Below, one piece after another: positions 24,689 through 34,305 of a stretch of 35,648 nt of DNA. The notes under the pieces are model-generated. The model was not told the origin of the DNA, searched no databases, and saw only the letters and a list, made by a program, of their open reading frames with translations. The position numbers and the translations under genes were made by a program. The stretch is from a virus (lineage: Duplodnaviria > Caudoviricetes): the IMG/VR virus record IMGVR_UViG_3300027720_000196, positions 1-35,648 of that record. The stretch is one strand, 5' to 3'. How positions within the stretch are numbered: the first letter of the stretch is position 1; every line of letters starts with the position of its first letter.

Positions 24689-26221
24689 TTAACCTAGTAA
24701 GCGTTTTGTCAATGCACGAATTTGATCAACTTCACGATTCTCAACCAGTGCTGGCTTTTCATTTTGATTCAAACGACCAGTAAGTTGACGCATACGTGCC
24801 AAGTCAATGGACTCTTTTGTGGTACTGATCGGATCTTTTTTGCCTGCTGGTGCTGGCATCATTGCACCTAATTCTTTTGCTCTTGCAGCACTGTCAGCAC
24901 CTGATGGATTTGGCACAACTGTTAAATTCTCATCAGTTACTTTTTCTTTCTTTTTTCTTTCTGCCATGTAAGCCGTGGTTTCTTTCATGTTCTTCCACAT
25001 TTCAGCGGCAACAGCTTTGTTGCTTTCTTTGACTGGCATGGTTTTACCACCAACTGTCATAGTGGTATCTCTAGATGCTTTGGCATCTTGTACTGCCTTA
25101 CCAAATGCATTGCCTTCTTTGCCTACTTTGCTACCTTTTTTTGGCATGTCTTTAGTAGGTGCAGCTGCTTCATACATACCACATTCTTTTAAACCGTGTA
25201 CTGGACATGATTTGCCTTTGGCAGTGCTGTTGCATTTTGCCTGAGCGGCTTCTTTGAACTTGTCTTTCTTTTTAGCACGTAAGTTAGCTAGATCTTTAGC
25301 ATCGATGTCGTTGTCGTTATCGGTGTCTAATTTCTTTTGGCCACCTTTAAGTGCTTCTTTAACTTTCGTTTCCCCGCCTAGAGTTTTATCTCGACCGGTG
25401 AAATAATCGTAGTCGTCTGCGGCATTTCCACTAGATGGCATATTTTTGCCTTTGTTAGCCGCATGAGATGCAGCATTCTTCTCGGCTGTTGTCAACGGTG
25501 TCTTCTTTGCTAGTCCAACAGCACTCTTTACGGCGCTTACAATGCCTTCGTCAACTTTCTTGCCGTCTTTCACACGAGTCACTGAATCTTTACCAAAACG
25601 CTTTTCCCAGTTCTTGCCTTCTTTCTCTTCTGCTTTGTCAGCAGCTTTGTCGCCCGCTTTGTCAGCTGCAGACTGTGATTTGGCTTGGCTTTTTGGTTCA
25701 GTATGCGGCTCGTCGCTAAATCTGTTTGGATTCTCTTTGTGTTTAGTTACACCCTTGGTTTTGCGGTCAATCTCACCACCAGTTGAAGATTTTTCTTCGG
25801 AAACTTTTTCAGCTTGAGCTTTCTTGAGTTCTTTTACTTTTGATTTTGCTTCTGATAATAATTCTTTGATTCTCATTTTTTGTCCTTCGCTTAGTGTATC
25901 ACTGTTGTCCAAGTGGTGCCCGTATTCACTGAACTTCATTTCGTATTCTAAATAGTGATATACTGATGCAATATAATCAGCAGCCTTGGTAATTTTAGCT
26001 TGTACCCAAGATTCCAACTGGTCGTTGTCTTCCAACTGTTGATACAGCTTGTGTGCGTAGTTGGCTATTTTGAACAAATCAGCTTTGGCCATGGCACCTT
26101 CACGGTCAGTTTCGTCACCGTGCAATCCTATGGTGCCGCCCACTGGTTCTGAATCTATTTCTGGCTGATCCATCTCAGGTTGGTCCATTTCTGAGTCAAT
26201 GTTATCTAATTCTGCTGGCAT
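24689..26221 (-). CDS. Modular charged protein (510 aa), probable prohead core/internal protein
   Basis: Helical module EGAMAKADL...WVQAKI..A.DY, EF-hand-like DTDNDNDIDAKD, C-x8-CPVHG-x3-C; GGAG SD. Confidence 0.7.
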   Translation of the reverse strand: MPAELDNIDSEMDQPEMDQPEIDSEPVGGTIGLHGDETDREGAMAKADLFKIANYAHKLYQQLEDNDQLESWVQAKITKAADYIASVYHYLEYEMKFSEYGHHLDNSDTLSEGQKMRIKELLSEAKSKVKELKKAQAEKVSEEKSSTGGEIDRKTKGVTKHKENPNRFSDEPHTEPKSQAKSQSAADKAGDKAADKAEEKEGKNWEKRFGKDSVTRVKDGKKVDEGIVSAVKSAVGLAKKTPLTTAEKNAASHAANKGKNMPSSGNAADDYDYFTGRDKTLGGETKVKEALKGGQKKLDTDNDNDIDAKDLANLRAKKKDKFKEAAQAKCNSTAKGKSCPVHGLKECGMYEAAAPTKDMPKKGSKVGKEGNAFGKAVQDAKASRDTTMTVGGKTMPVKESNKAVAAEMWKNMKETTAYMAERKKKEKVTDENLTVVPNPSGADSAARAKELGAMMPAPAGKKDPISTTKESIDLARMRQLTGRLNQNEKPALVENREVDQIRALTKRLLG

Positions 26222-26244
26222 GAGTATACTCCGTTATCTTTATG

Positions 26245-26251
26245 TATTTAG
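26245..26251 (-). promoter_or_regulatory. T4-like late promoter CTAAATA(CATA)
   Basis: Motif about 24 nt upstream of ATG 26221. Confidence 0.55.
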
Positions 26252-26832
26252 CGTCGTTTGACTGGCGGCCCACCAAATAAACTGGCGCCTTTGATATCTA
26301 AACCGTTCTTGGCTGTGCCGTCTTTGTTTTTGGGTTGGTTAACTTTGGGTTGTGGTGGAGCTGTTGTTCCTGACTTACCAGGACTACCAACATAACTCTT
26401 TTTGCCACGTGCTTTGCCTGGACTCAAATGCGGTGCATCCACAGTGCCAATGTTAGCTGAACTTGTTGCACCCACAGTGGCTGATTCAGACACATCTTCT
26501 GGTTTGCCAAACGGATATACTTCTGTCCAGCCATTGCCTTGTTTTTGTACCCATTTTCCTGGTTTGAATTTGCTCTTGATAATGCCGTGTAATTTTAATG
26601 CCTGTTCCACAGTATCTCTGTATCCTTGATCACGGGCTTCACGTTCGTGACGATTTGAGATCATTGCTTGCTGAACTCTTTCGTTTTTGTAAATGTATAA
26701 CAAATTGGATTCATCGCTCATGTCTCTTTCCGGTCGACCAAAGCCTTGTTTACTGGCTCGTTCGTCTCTGTCATATGCCGATGAACTACCGCGACTACGG
26801 TAGAGTCCTTCATCAAGTTCGTGCATTTTCAT
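26248..26832 (-). CDS. Hypothetical protein (194 aa)
   Basis: GAGGA SD, ATGA overlap; ESATVGATSSANIG module and basic tail. Confidence 0.7.
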   Translation of the reverse strand: MKMHELDEGLYRSRGSSSAYDRDERASKQGFGRPERDMSDESNLLYIYKNERVQQAMISNRHEREARDQGYRDTVEQALKLHGIIKSKFKPGKWVQKQGNGWTEVYPFGKPEDVSESATVGATSSANIGTVDAPHLSPGKARGKKSYVGSPGKSGTTAPPQPKVNQPKNKDGTAKNGLDIKGASLFGGPPVKRR

Positions 26833-27059
26833 TTTTTAATTCCTCTAAATCCTGTGCCTACTGCAACTTCGCCACCCATAAACTTGGGCAAACTAAACCA
26901 TAACTTGAACCATTCTTCAGTTCCAGGTTTGATATTCTGTTCACGCATTATGACTGCTTTTTCTGTGCCAGTCACACTGATGTTGCTTCCGCCATAAGGT
27001 TGCAGACCTTTAAATTCTGTAATACCTGCCAACTTCTTAAGACGTGCTAGTTCATCCAT
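26829..27059 (-). CDS. Hypothetical protein (76 aa, start MDELARLKKLAG)
   Basis: GAGG SD and TAATG overlap with the dps stop. Confidence 0.7.
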   Translation of the reverse strand: MDELARLKKLAGITEFKGLQPYGGSNISVTGTEKAVIMREQNIKPGTEEWFKLWFSLPKFMGGEVAVGTGFRGIKK

Positions 27060-27496
27060 TATTTCACACTTGACCTCAACATCCAACTGTGCTTTTTATG
27101 TGCATCTTGTCTATCAGCTAGAAAATTACTCAACCCATGATCGCCATTTTGTTCAGCCATGTCAAATGTAATACGGAATATGTTAGCCATACGTTCGCTA
27201 TCTTCCAATAGTTCACGCAACATGTCAATCCACTCTGGCACGGCATTTTCATCTTTGACTTGTGACAGCATGCTGAACTTGCTGTAACTGGCAGGAGCAT
27301 ACACTTGTAATGCACGTAATTGTTCTGCAAACGTATCAATACTGTCATACACTTCGTCGTAAATTCTTTCAAACAACAAGTGATGTTGATAAAATAAAGG
27401 ACCTTCAGTGTTCCAATGGAAATTTTGTGCTTTGAGAGCAAATGCATATTCGCTAGCAAATGCTGTTTTTAGTGCCAAGTGATATTTCTCATCCAT
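27059..27496 (-). CDS. dps: Dps / ferritin-like DNA protection protein
   Basis: KAQNFHWNTEG..F...H.LFE, IDTFAE, HKKHSWMLRS. Confidence 0.92.
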   Translation of the reverse strand: MDEKYHLALKTAFASEYAFALKAQNFHWNTEGPLFYQHHLLFERIYDEVYDSIDTFAEQLRALQVYAPASYSKFSMLSQVKDENAVPEWIDMLRELLEDSERMANIFRITFDMAEQNGDHGLSNFLADRQDAHKKHSWMLRSSVK

Positions 27497-27498
27497 GA

Positions 27499-28587
27499 TT
27501 AAATTCCGTATTTGTTCTTTTTAATTTTTGCCACTGTGCTGGTTTTATTTACGTCAGCCATTTCTTCACTGCGTTTACCACTCCAGTTTTCAATTGTGCC
27601 AGCACCAACTTGCAATGCTGCTGCTTTGACCATTTCGTATTCTTCTTCAGTATATGAACTAATTAGTGGATCACCGCCAATCCAATTGTCAGCTGACATC
27701 TTGGTAGGGTATGTGGGCGCACCTGCCAATGCAATACCCATGCGATAATTTTTATACATACTACCAGTTGACATGTTTAGTCCTGGCAAAGTAGTGGCAT
27801 TTTTCATTGCGGCTTTCTTGTTTTTGTCTATGGGCGTTGTTCCGCCTTTGCCCACCTTGCCAGCTGATCCTTCTCTTAAGGATCTTGCCAACGCATTGGC
27901 TTCCTTCAAAGATACATCTGGTTCGGCTTTTTCTTTTTTTCCTCGAACCTTGGGTTTGCTGAAATCCTGCATACGTGTTTGTGCTTTTTGCATCAAATCA
28001 CGCACCTCGTCATCATCCAGTTCGGGATTCATTGCATCACGCCATACTGCAAACTTTTCATCTTCGCTCTTGTCTGGATCCATTAGCACATCGCGCATGG
28101 GCGTGGCACGTGGACCTTCTTCTTCACGACTTGGATCGTTGGTTTCTTGACGAGCAATCACATTTAAACTGTTAAAGCTGAATGGAATGTTGCCAGCTTT
28201 GTCTGGAACTCCGTTATACTGTTTGACATAACTTAATCCTTTAACTTGATCTGCCCCCACTACCACAGTTACATCTGTATAACCATGACGGTCCAGTTGT
28301 GCCAACACACGGGTTAAATCAGGCATTTCATCTGTAGCGGTGTGAAAAATATGTCCATGTTTTGGAAATACTTTTTTATAAATCTGCATTTTTTCTGCTG
28401 GCTTAATTGGATCGTCTTTGCCCACAGTACGGCTCACAACAAAGTAAGGATCTGCACCTTGTTCGTCTGCTTGTGTGATAACGCTACTGGCCAGATACAT
28501 GTGACCTTTGTGGCCCATGCCACGGCCCCAGCCTACCACAGCAGCTTTACCTTCTCCAGTGCGATTAAGAAATTCACGTAATAACAT
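27499..28587 (-). CDS. HxGH-type (cytidyltransferase-like) nucleotidyltransferase with extra C-terminal domain
   Basis: VVGWGRGMGHKGH, DDPI...K, VVVGADQ, RAT.MR. Confidence 0.72.
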   Translation of the reverse strand: MLLREFLNRTGEGKAAVVGWGRGMGHKGHMYLASSVITQADEQGADPYFVVSRTVGKDDPIKPAEKMQIYKKVFPKHGHIFHTATDEMPDLTRVLAQLDRHGYTDVTVVVGADQVKGLSYVKQYNGVPDKAGNIPFSFNSLNVIARQETNDPSREEEGPRATPMRDVLMDPDKSEDEKFAVWRDAMNPELDDDEVRDLMQKAQTRMQDFSKPKVRGKKEKAEPDVSLKEANALARSLREGSAGKVGKGGTTPIDKNKKAAMKNATTLPGLNMSTGSMYKNYRMGIALAGAPTYPTKMSADNWIGGDPLISSYTEEEYEMVKAAALQVGAGTIENWSGKRSEEMADVNKTSTVAKIKKNKYGI

Positions 28588-30485
28588 TAGTCTTTCCTCG
28601 GAGCCCAGTTTGCCTGGTCGATGGTTTTTACAAACTGTCCTGGTAAATCATTTTTAAATTTACCACCCGGGTGTGCTTGCACATATCCTTCTGGTTTTGT
28701 TTGACGAATTCCGCCGTGTGTGCCTGAACTCAATGTATTGATAACTTTCATCTTTTCGTGTGTTAGCAATTCAACAGCACTTAATACTGCATCCAATCCA
28801 GGATGACTCAACACCTTTTGTGCTTGTGTATTGCTTAATTTTGCAGTGGCCCATTCTCTGAACTTTTGTTTAACTCCAGCCACACGTAAATTTTGATTGA
28901 AGAAACTGTACAACACATCGCCAGGTTTGCTTAGTCCGGGCTGACCTGCAATAAAACTATCTATAGCAGCTTTGTTTTGTTTGATATACGACTCTGTGTG
29001 TTTCAATCCAGTGTCGTCAACTTTGGGTGCATTTTCAACATATGTTGTACCTTGTACAATAACATCACTATTTGATAATTTTTCAGCATTGGGATAACGT
29101 GTTTCGTCTGAACCAATGTGTGTATAGTAACCGGTTGCAGCAACCATTACTTTTGCTTTGGCAATCTTGATGCCCAACTTGCTTTTAGCTGGAATATGGA
29201 AACTTGTTATATTGGGAGTAAAATCATATTCATTGGTACTGGGATTTAACACAGCCGGCTTTAACGGACTGAATAAAATCCCACCTTCAATATAGCCTGT
29301 CTTGGGACTGATACTTTCAAAGTAAGGCCATAGGTCTGCAAGTCCTTGAGCAAATGCACGACGTTGTTCTTCTTGTCCGGGTTGTGCTGTGCCTGTGCCC
29401 AGCACAAACATGGCCACATCATCTGGATCATTCATCATGGTGGTAACACCACTCTTAGTATGAGTAGTACCACGCTTTATATAATCCCAAGCATTTTTAG
29501 GAAACATATGGAACACGCCTTGGTCATCGCGTCCCCAATATACAACAGGACTTCCATCCCATTTTAATTCTATGCCCTTGCCTTTGGCAGTCATGTCACG
29601 CAGTCGTTCAACCGCATGTAAGCCACCCACACTGCCATCAGTGAAAACTAAATCTTCAATGTGTTGATACTTGCGGCCCACAGCTGCTTCCAACAATGGT
29701 GTAGCCGGGCCACGCAACGGAGTGGCTGACCAACTGGATCCGGATGTTGCAGCATCGTGTACTTGTTGTTTTAATGCTGGATCTTTAATTGCTGACATGA
29801 TGCTTTCTGCACTGCCGAGATCAGCACCAGTGTGTCCAGGACCCAATAATAGTGTAGCTATTTCATCCCATTCATCAGATAACAAGTCTGCTTTTTTTCT
29901 AGCAGCATCTCTTGCGTATAGTCCTTCGTCTGGACTCCATAACATGTTCTTAGCACTGGCCAATGCGCTCATTACTACTTGTTTGTGTACACCCTTGTAT
30001 GGGCTACCGCGTGGTATAATGTGTTGGTGAAATTTAGACACTTTCTCGGCTTTGCGAACAACTTTGATATCACATTGATAAAATTGTCCCTTGTATGGAA
30101 ATTTGATGTGTACAGTTACTCCAGCCTTGTAAGTTGCTGGAACTCCGTTGTCTAATAGAAACTGTTCAAGTGCAACTCTTGCGGCCTTGTCATCGTCAGC
30201 CAACTTTTTGCTTTGAGAAATTTTAAAATATTGTTTAACTTGATCCATGTCACAGCTGACATCCAAATCACCTGTTGGATGTTCTGGATTAGGATCTGTG
30301 TTGGCACCACTGCCTTGTACATACAAAGGGAAACCTGCTTTACGAAGATACTTTTTAACTTGCGATAACAATGCTTGCACCATGTCTGGAGTGGGATAAA
30401 ATTCCACAGTTTCCGGCCAAATGTTGCCACCGCCTTCTTTAAGCATAGGCTTTTTAACATTAACAAATAGTTCACGTAGTAACAT
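28587..30485 (-). CDS. Fusion of a polB-superfamily nucleotidyltransferase-like domain and a KxDG ligase-like domain (632 aa)
   Basis: Start ATG 30485 (MLLRELF). N-domain GSG...GDLDV...QCD; C-domain HIEDL, ELKWDGSP.VYWG, EGGILF, KPEGYV, FVKTID. Confidence 0.65.
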   Translation of the reverse strand: MLLRELFVNVKKPMLKEGGGNIWPETVEFYPTPDMVQALLSQVKKYLRKAGFPLYVQGSGANTDPNPEHPTGDLDVSCDMDQVKQYFKISQSKKLADDDKAARVALEQFLLDNGVPATYKAGVTVHIKFPYKGQFYQCDIKVVRKAEKVSKFHQHIIPRGSPYKGVHKQVVMSALASAKNMLWSPDEGLYARDAARKKADLLSDEWDEIATLLLGPGHTGADLGSAESIMSAIKDPALKQQVHDAATSGSSWSATPLRGPATPLLEAAVGRKYQHIEDLVFTDGSVGGLHAVERLRDMTAKGKGIELKWDGSPVVYWGRDDQGVFHMFPKNAWDYIKRGTTHTKSGVTTMMNDPDDVAMFVLGTGTAQPGQEEQRRAFAQGLADLWPYFESISPKTGYIEGGILFSPLKPAVLNPSTNEYDFTPNITSFHIPAKSKLGIKIAKAKVMVAATGYYTHIGSDETRYPNAEKLSNSDVIVQGTTYVENAPKVDDTGLKHTESYIKQNKAAIDSFIAGQPGLSKPGDVLYSFFNQNLRVAGVKQKFREWATAKLSNTQAQKVLSHPGLDAVLSAVELLTHEKMKVINTLSSGTHGGIRQTKPEGYVQAHPGGKFKNDLPGQFVKTIDQANWAPRKD

Positions 30486-30859
30486 TATATACCCTTGTAC
30501 TTGCCAGCTTGTATGTGTTCTTGTATATCGTCGTGCATTTTGGAACAAGCTTCTTTGCACATTTTTTCTTCTAACTCATCGGGTAATTCACGTATGGGGA
30601 ATTTTTCTTTGTATTGTTTGTAGCATTCTTTTATGGCTTCTGCAAACATGTTGGCTTGTACCGGTTTCTTGGCATTGACTAAATCTAAACATTTAACCAA
30701 CACTGGAAAAACGTGACGACGGTATATACGGTCGTCGTTGTGCATGAAATGTAGTAGGTCTTCTATTAGATCGTAGTCTAACTCACGTTTATCGCCATGT
30801 TGTTTAACATATTCTAATTCTTTAAAATTAGCGTTTTCTAGTAACTCTTTTATAAGCAT
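30485..30859 (-). CDS. Hypothetical protein (124 aa, start MLIKELLE)
   Basis: First gene after the late promoter; TAATG overlap downstream. Confidence 0.7.
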   Translation of the reverse strand: MLIKELLENANFKELEYVKQHGDKRELDYDLIEDLLHFMHNDDRIYRRHVFPVLVKCLDLVNAKKPVQANMFAEAIKECYKQYKEKFPIRELPDELEEKMCKEACSKMHDDIQEHIQAGKYKGI

Positions 30860-30892
30860 TTTTATTCCCAATAGAACACTCTGGATTTAGAG

Positions 30893-30899
30893 TATTTAT
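30893..30899 (-). promoter_or_regulatory. T4-like late promoter GATAAATA
   Basis: Intergenic motif at the head of the 30859-20589 operon. Confidence 0.6.
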
Positions 30900-30918
30900 C
30901 GCTTTTGCAATCAATGGG

Positions 30919-31542
30919 CTATGCTTTGATAATGCGAGAAACCTTGGATATACTACCGCCAAGGTGCATTTTTGACATGAGTAAGTTGTTATCACCTGTC
31001 ACATAGAAGTGTGTGCCGCCCCAACTGCGATTCCTTGTCAAGGCTGCTATACAACTCTTTGTGAGTTTGAGTTTTTGATTGGATGCTGCCCACGATATAA
31101 ATGCACTGTGTTCCTGTGTGGTTTTACCCAAGGTCACTTGAAAATCGTAATTCATTTTAGGCATGATCACAGTATCAGAACTCAGTGACACATTGGCAGG
31201 TGGCAAACAAATATACTTGACCCTGGTTTTGTCCAACTTTGTTAAATCATCCAAATGACTTTTATTATTTGTGTACACTGTAATCCATGGATTTTCTATT
31301 CTAACATTTAAATCAACCAATACAGACAACACTTCATACAGCGCCAGAGCATAGTCCTTGTCCTCAATGCTTTTAAAACTTAACGATCCTTGGCGTACAC
31401 CGGGAGAAATACTACTTTTTTGCAACAGGTGCAAGCACTGTTGCCAATCACTGTTGCGAAAGAAGTGTGCATTGGGACACACCAACACTATCTTGTATTG
31501 GTATATCCCTCTGAACAACTTGCTTGTGGTTTTAATCAACAT
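30919..31542 (-). CDS. Hypothetical protein (207 aa)
   Basis: Clean ORF overlapping the end of clpA. Confidence 0.7.
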   Translation of the reverse strand: MLIKTTSKLFRGIYQYKIVLVCPNAHFFRNSDWQQCLHLLQKSSISPGVRQGSLSFKSIEDKDYALALYEVLSVLVDLNVRIENPWITVYTNNKSHLDDLTKLDKTRVKYICLPPANVSLSSDTVIMPKMNYDFQVTLGKTTQEHSAFISWAASNQKLKLTKSCIAALTRNRSWGGTHFYVTGDNNLLMSKMHLGGSISKVSRIIKA

Positions 31543-33811
31543 TCATCTCAACCAACGAGGTAGTAGGATCCACCGTTAACAAAGGTGTCTTTGATTCCTT
31601 AGGAGTTGACAACAACACTAACTTGTCGTCTTGAACTGTGATATTAAGTACTCCACCGTTCTTTAAATCGCCAAACAACATGAGCTTGGCCAACGGACGT
31701 TTGATTTCCTTGTCAATCACACGTTGCAGTGGGCGGGCACCCATCTTGGTATCAAATCCTTTGGTAATAAGCCAGTTAGTACTTTCCTTATCTAGCTTGA
31801 TACGAATGCCTTTTTCTTTGACTTGCGCACGTAATTCATCCATGAATTTAACAATGACTTTGGTCATGGACTCTTTGCCCAGCTTGTTAAAGGTCATGAT
31901 ACCATCCAACCGATTACGGAATTCTGGTGTAAAGAATTTCTTTAAATCTGCATCATTGTAATCTTTTTCCTGTGATCCAAAGCCAATTGCATTCTTTTCT
32001 GCAGACTGTGCGCCGGCATTGGTGGTAAGGATAAGAATCAAATTGCGGCAATCAGCTTGTTTGCCATTTGATCCTGTAACAAAACCATTATCCATCATTT
32101 GCAACAACACAGTTGTGACATCTGGATGTGATTTTTCAACTTCGTCAAACAACAACACCGCATTGGGATTTTCTTGAATCTGTGTGATCAATAATCCAGC
32201 GTTTTCTTCAAACCCCACATAGCCTGGAGGACTACCGATTAGCTTGGAGATGCTATGCTTCTCTTGGTATTCTGACATGTCAAATCTCAACAACTTGACA
32301 CCCAAGTGCTTGCTCAGCGCCTTGGCAGTTTCGGTCTTACCGCAACCCGTAGGTCCCATGAACACAAACGATCCAATAGGTTTATTTTCTGATTTCAATC
32401 CAGCCTGCGCCACCATGATCTTATCCACAACTTCTGTAAGCGCAAGATCCTGTCCGTAAACTTCACGTTGCAAGTTTTCTTGTAGTGTAGAAAGATTGCT
32501 GGATTCTGTCTCCATGATCTTTTCTTCAGGCATTTGAATCATCTTGGCCAGTTCAAACTGAATTTCACGCTCGCCGATGATCCGATCATCTGCAAGTTTG
32601 AGATTAAAACGGCTACATGCCAAATCGATCAAGTCAATTGCCTTGTCTGGCAACTTTTTGTCTGTTTGATACTTGACTGACAATTTAATAGCAGCATCCA
32701 ATGCATCGTCACGAATTTTAACCTTGTGGAAACCTTCGTAGTATTTCTTAATACCTTTGAGAATTTGTTTAGTAACTTCTATGGTGGGCTCGTCAACTGT
32801 GATACGTTGAAACCTGCGCATCAGCGCACGATCCTTTTCAAAATGTTTGCGATATTCTTCCCATGTGGTGCTGGCAATAACTTTGATATTGCCTTTGCTC
32901 AACGCAGGTTTCATCATGTTAGCAAGGTCGTTAGAACTGTTGCCTCCTGCACCTGCACCACTGATCATGTGTGCTTCGTCAATGAACAACACAGTTTTGC
33001 CTTTTTTCTGCAGCGCCTTGATAACATGCTTGAATCTTTCTTCAAAGTCTCCACGGTACTTGCTGCCAGCCAGCATGGCACTGATATCCAAACTGTAAAC
33101 TTTGTATTCTTTAAGAAATTCTGGAACAGCACCATTCACAATGTTGTGAGCAAGACCTTCAGCAATAGCAGTCTTGCCTACACCAGGATCACCAACCAGG
33201 ATCACATTATTTTTATTTCGACGACCCAGGGCCAACGCAATATTTTCTAATTCGTCAATACGACCAATAACTGGATCAATCTTTTGCTTTTCAACCATGT
33301 CGTTCAGATTGGTTGTGAACGCACGAAGTGCTCTGTCGCCCTGATTGTCTGTGCCGGATTCTTCTTCGGATTCTTCGGGATTGCTGTTATTAACAAAGTC
33401 GTTGAACTTGTCTTTATCAATTTTTGCCTTCTGAATATAGTAGTGTGCCCAGCTACGTTTTTCACCAATCATACTCATGAACACATCAGTAGGTTCAATT
33501 CGTTGGCGTCCGTTAAACAGCACTTGTGTAAATGCACGATTAAGCACACGTTCCACACTTTGAGTTTTCTTTGGTTTAACAACCACATCAGTAATGGTGA
33601 TTTCTTGGCACTTGTTGTGCAAATAATCTGTTAGATCGTTTTTGAGTTCGTCGAGACTTGCTCCAAACCCTGTAATTACATTTCCAAATGTTTCCTCCAA
33701 TAACATGGCATACAATAAATGTTCTATTGTAAGATACTCGTGATGAAGTTTTTTAGCTGTATCGATTGCTTTTTCAAATACTGCTTGTAGGTTATCACTT
33801 GGTTCAACCAT
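31532..33811 (-). CDS. clpA: ATP-dependent Clp protease ATPase subunit ClpA
   Basis: Clp N-domain (HEYLTIEHLL); AAA1 GDPGVGKT/FIDEAH; AAA2 GPTGCGKT/LFDEVEK; ClpP-docking IGF loop; GARPL; no ClpB coiled coil. Confidence 0.95.
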   Translation of the reverse strand: MVEPSDNLQAVFEKAIDTAKKLHHEYLTIEHLLYAMLLEETFGNVITGFGASLDELKNDLTDYLHNKCQEITITDVVVKPKKTQSVERVLNRAFTQVLFNGRQRIEPTDVFMSMIGEKRSWAHYYIQKAKIDKDKFNDFVNNSNPEESEEESGTDNQGDRALRAFTTNLNDMVEKQKIDPVIGRIDELENIALALGRRNKNNVILVGDPGVGKTAIAEGLAHNIVNGAVPEFLKEYKVYSLDISAMLAGSKYRGDFEERFKHVIKALQKKGKTVLFIDEAHMISGAGAGGNSSNDLANMMKPALSKGNIKVIASTTWEEYRKHFEKDRALMRRFQRITVDEPTIEVTKQILKGIKKYYEGFHKVKIRDDALDAAIKLSVKYQTDKKLPDKAIDLIDLACSRFNLKLADDRIIGEREIQFELAKMIQMPEEKIMETESSNLSTLQENLQREVYGQDLALTEVVDKIMVAQAGLKSENKPIGSFVFMGPTGCGKTETAKALSKHLGVKLLRFDMSEYQEKHSISKLIGSPPGYVGFEENAGLLITQIQENPNAVLLFDEVEKSHPDVTTVLLQMMDNGFVTGSNGKQADCRNLILILTTNAGAQSAEKNAIGFGSQEKDYNDADLKKFFTPEFRNRLDGIMTFNKLGKESMTKVIVKFMDELRAQVKEKGIRIKLDKESTNWLITKGFDTKMGARPLQRVIDKEIKRPLAKLMLFGDLKNGGVLNITVQDDKLVLLSTPKESKTPLLTVDPTTSLVEMNVD

Positions 33812-34305
33812 TACATTTTCCTTTTTTTCTTTAATAATTTCTTTTTAGCTAATGACAATTTTAATGGACTAATATTGTCTATGAAACAAACACCATCCAA
33901 GTGGTCCAGTTCATGTTGAAAACATCTTGAATCTATTCCAGTTAGTTCTATTATACATTCTTTGTTTTGTCTGTCAACGTATCTGACTGTAATATTGTTA
34001 TGTCTGGGTACTTTTAAAATTAGTCCAGGAAAGCTCAAGCATCCTTCTTCTCCAACAACCATATTGTTATCTCCCCACAATATAGATGGATTAAACATGC
34101 AAAACGGAACTTGATTTGTCAAATGTATGGCAAAAACTCGTTTGAGTAATCCAACTTGATTGGCCGCCAATCCTCTGCCTTGACTCATAACCATGAGCTG
34201 AACCATGTCAACTTCTAAGGAGTCTGCGTTTTGATCTTTTTCAAAATTCCAATGTTCTGCTTTTTGTTTTAGAATAAGATCAGACGACTCTATTAATTTC
34301 AGCAT
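33811..34305 (-). CDS. def: Peptide deformylase
   Basis: GRGLAANQVG, EGCLS, QHELDHLDG. Confidence 0.95.
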   Translation of the reverse strand: MLKLIESSDLILKQKAEHWNFEKDQNADSLEVDMVQLMVMSQGRGLAANQVGLLKRVFAIHLTNQVPFCMFNPSILWGDNNMVVGEEGCLSFPGLILKVPRHNNITVRYVDRQNKECIIELTGIDSRCFQHELDHLDGVCFIDNISPLKLSLAKKKLLKKKRKM

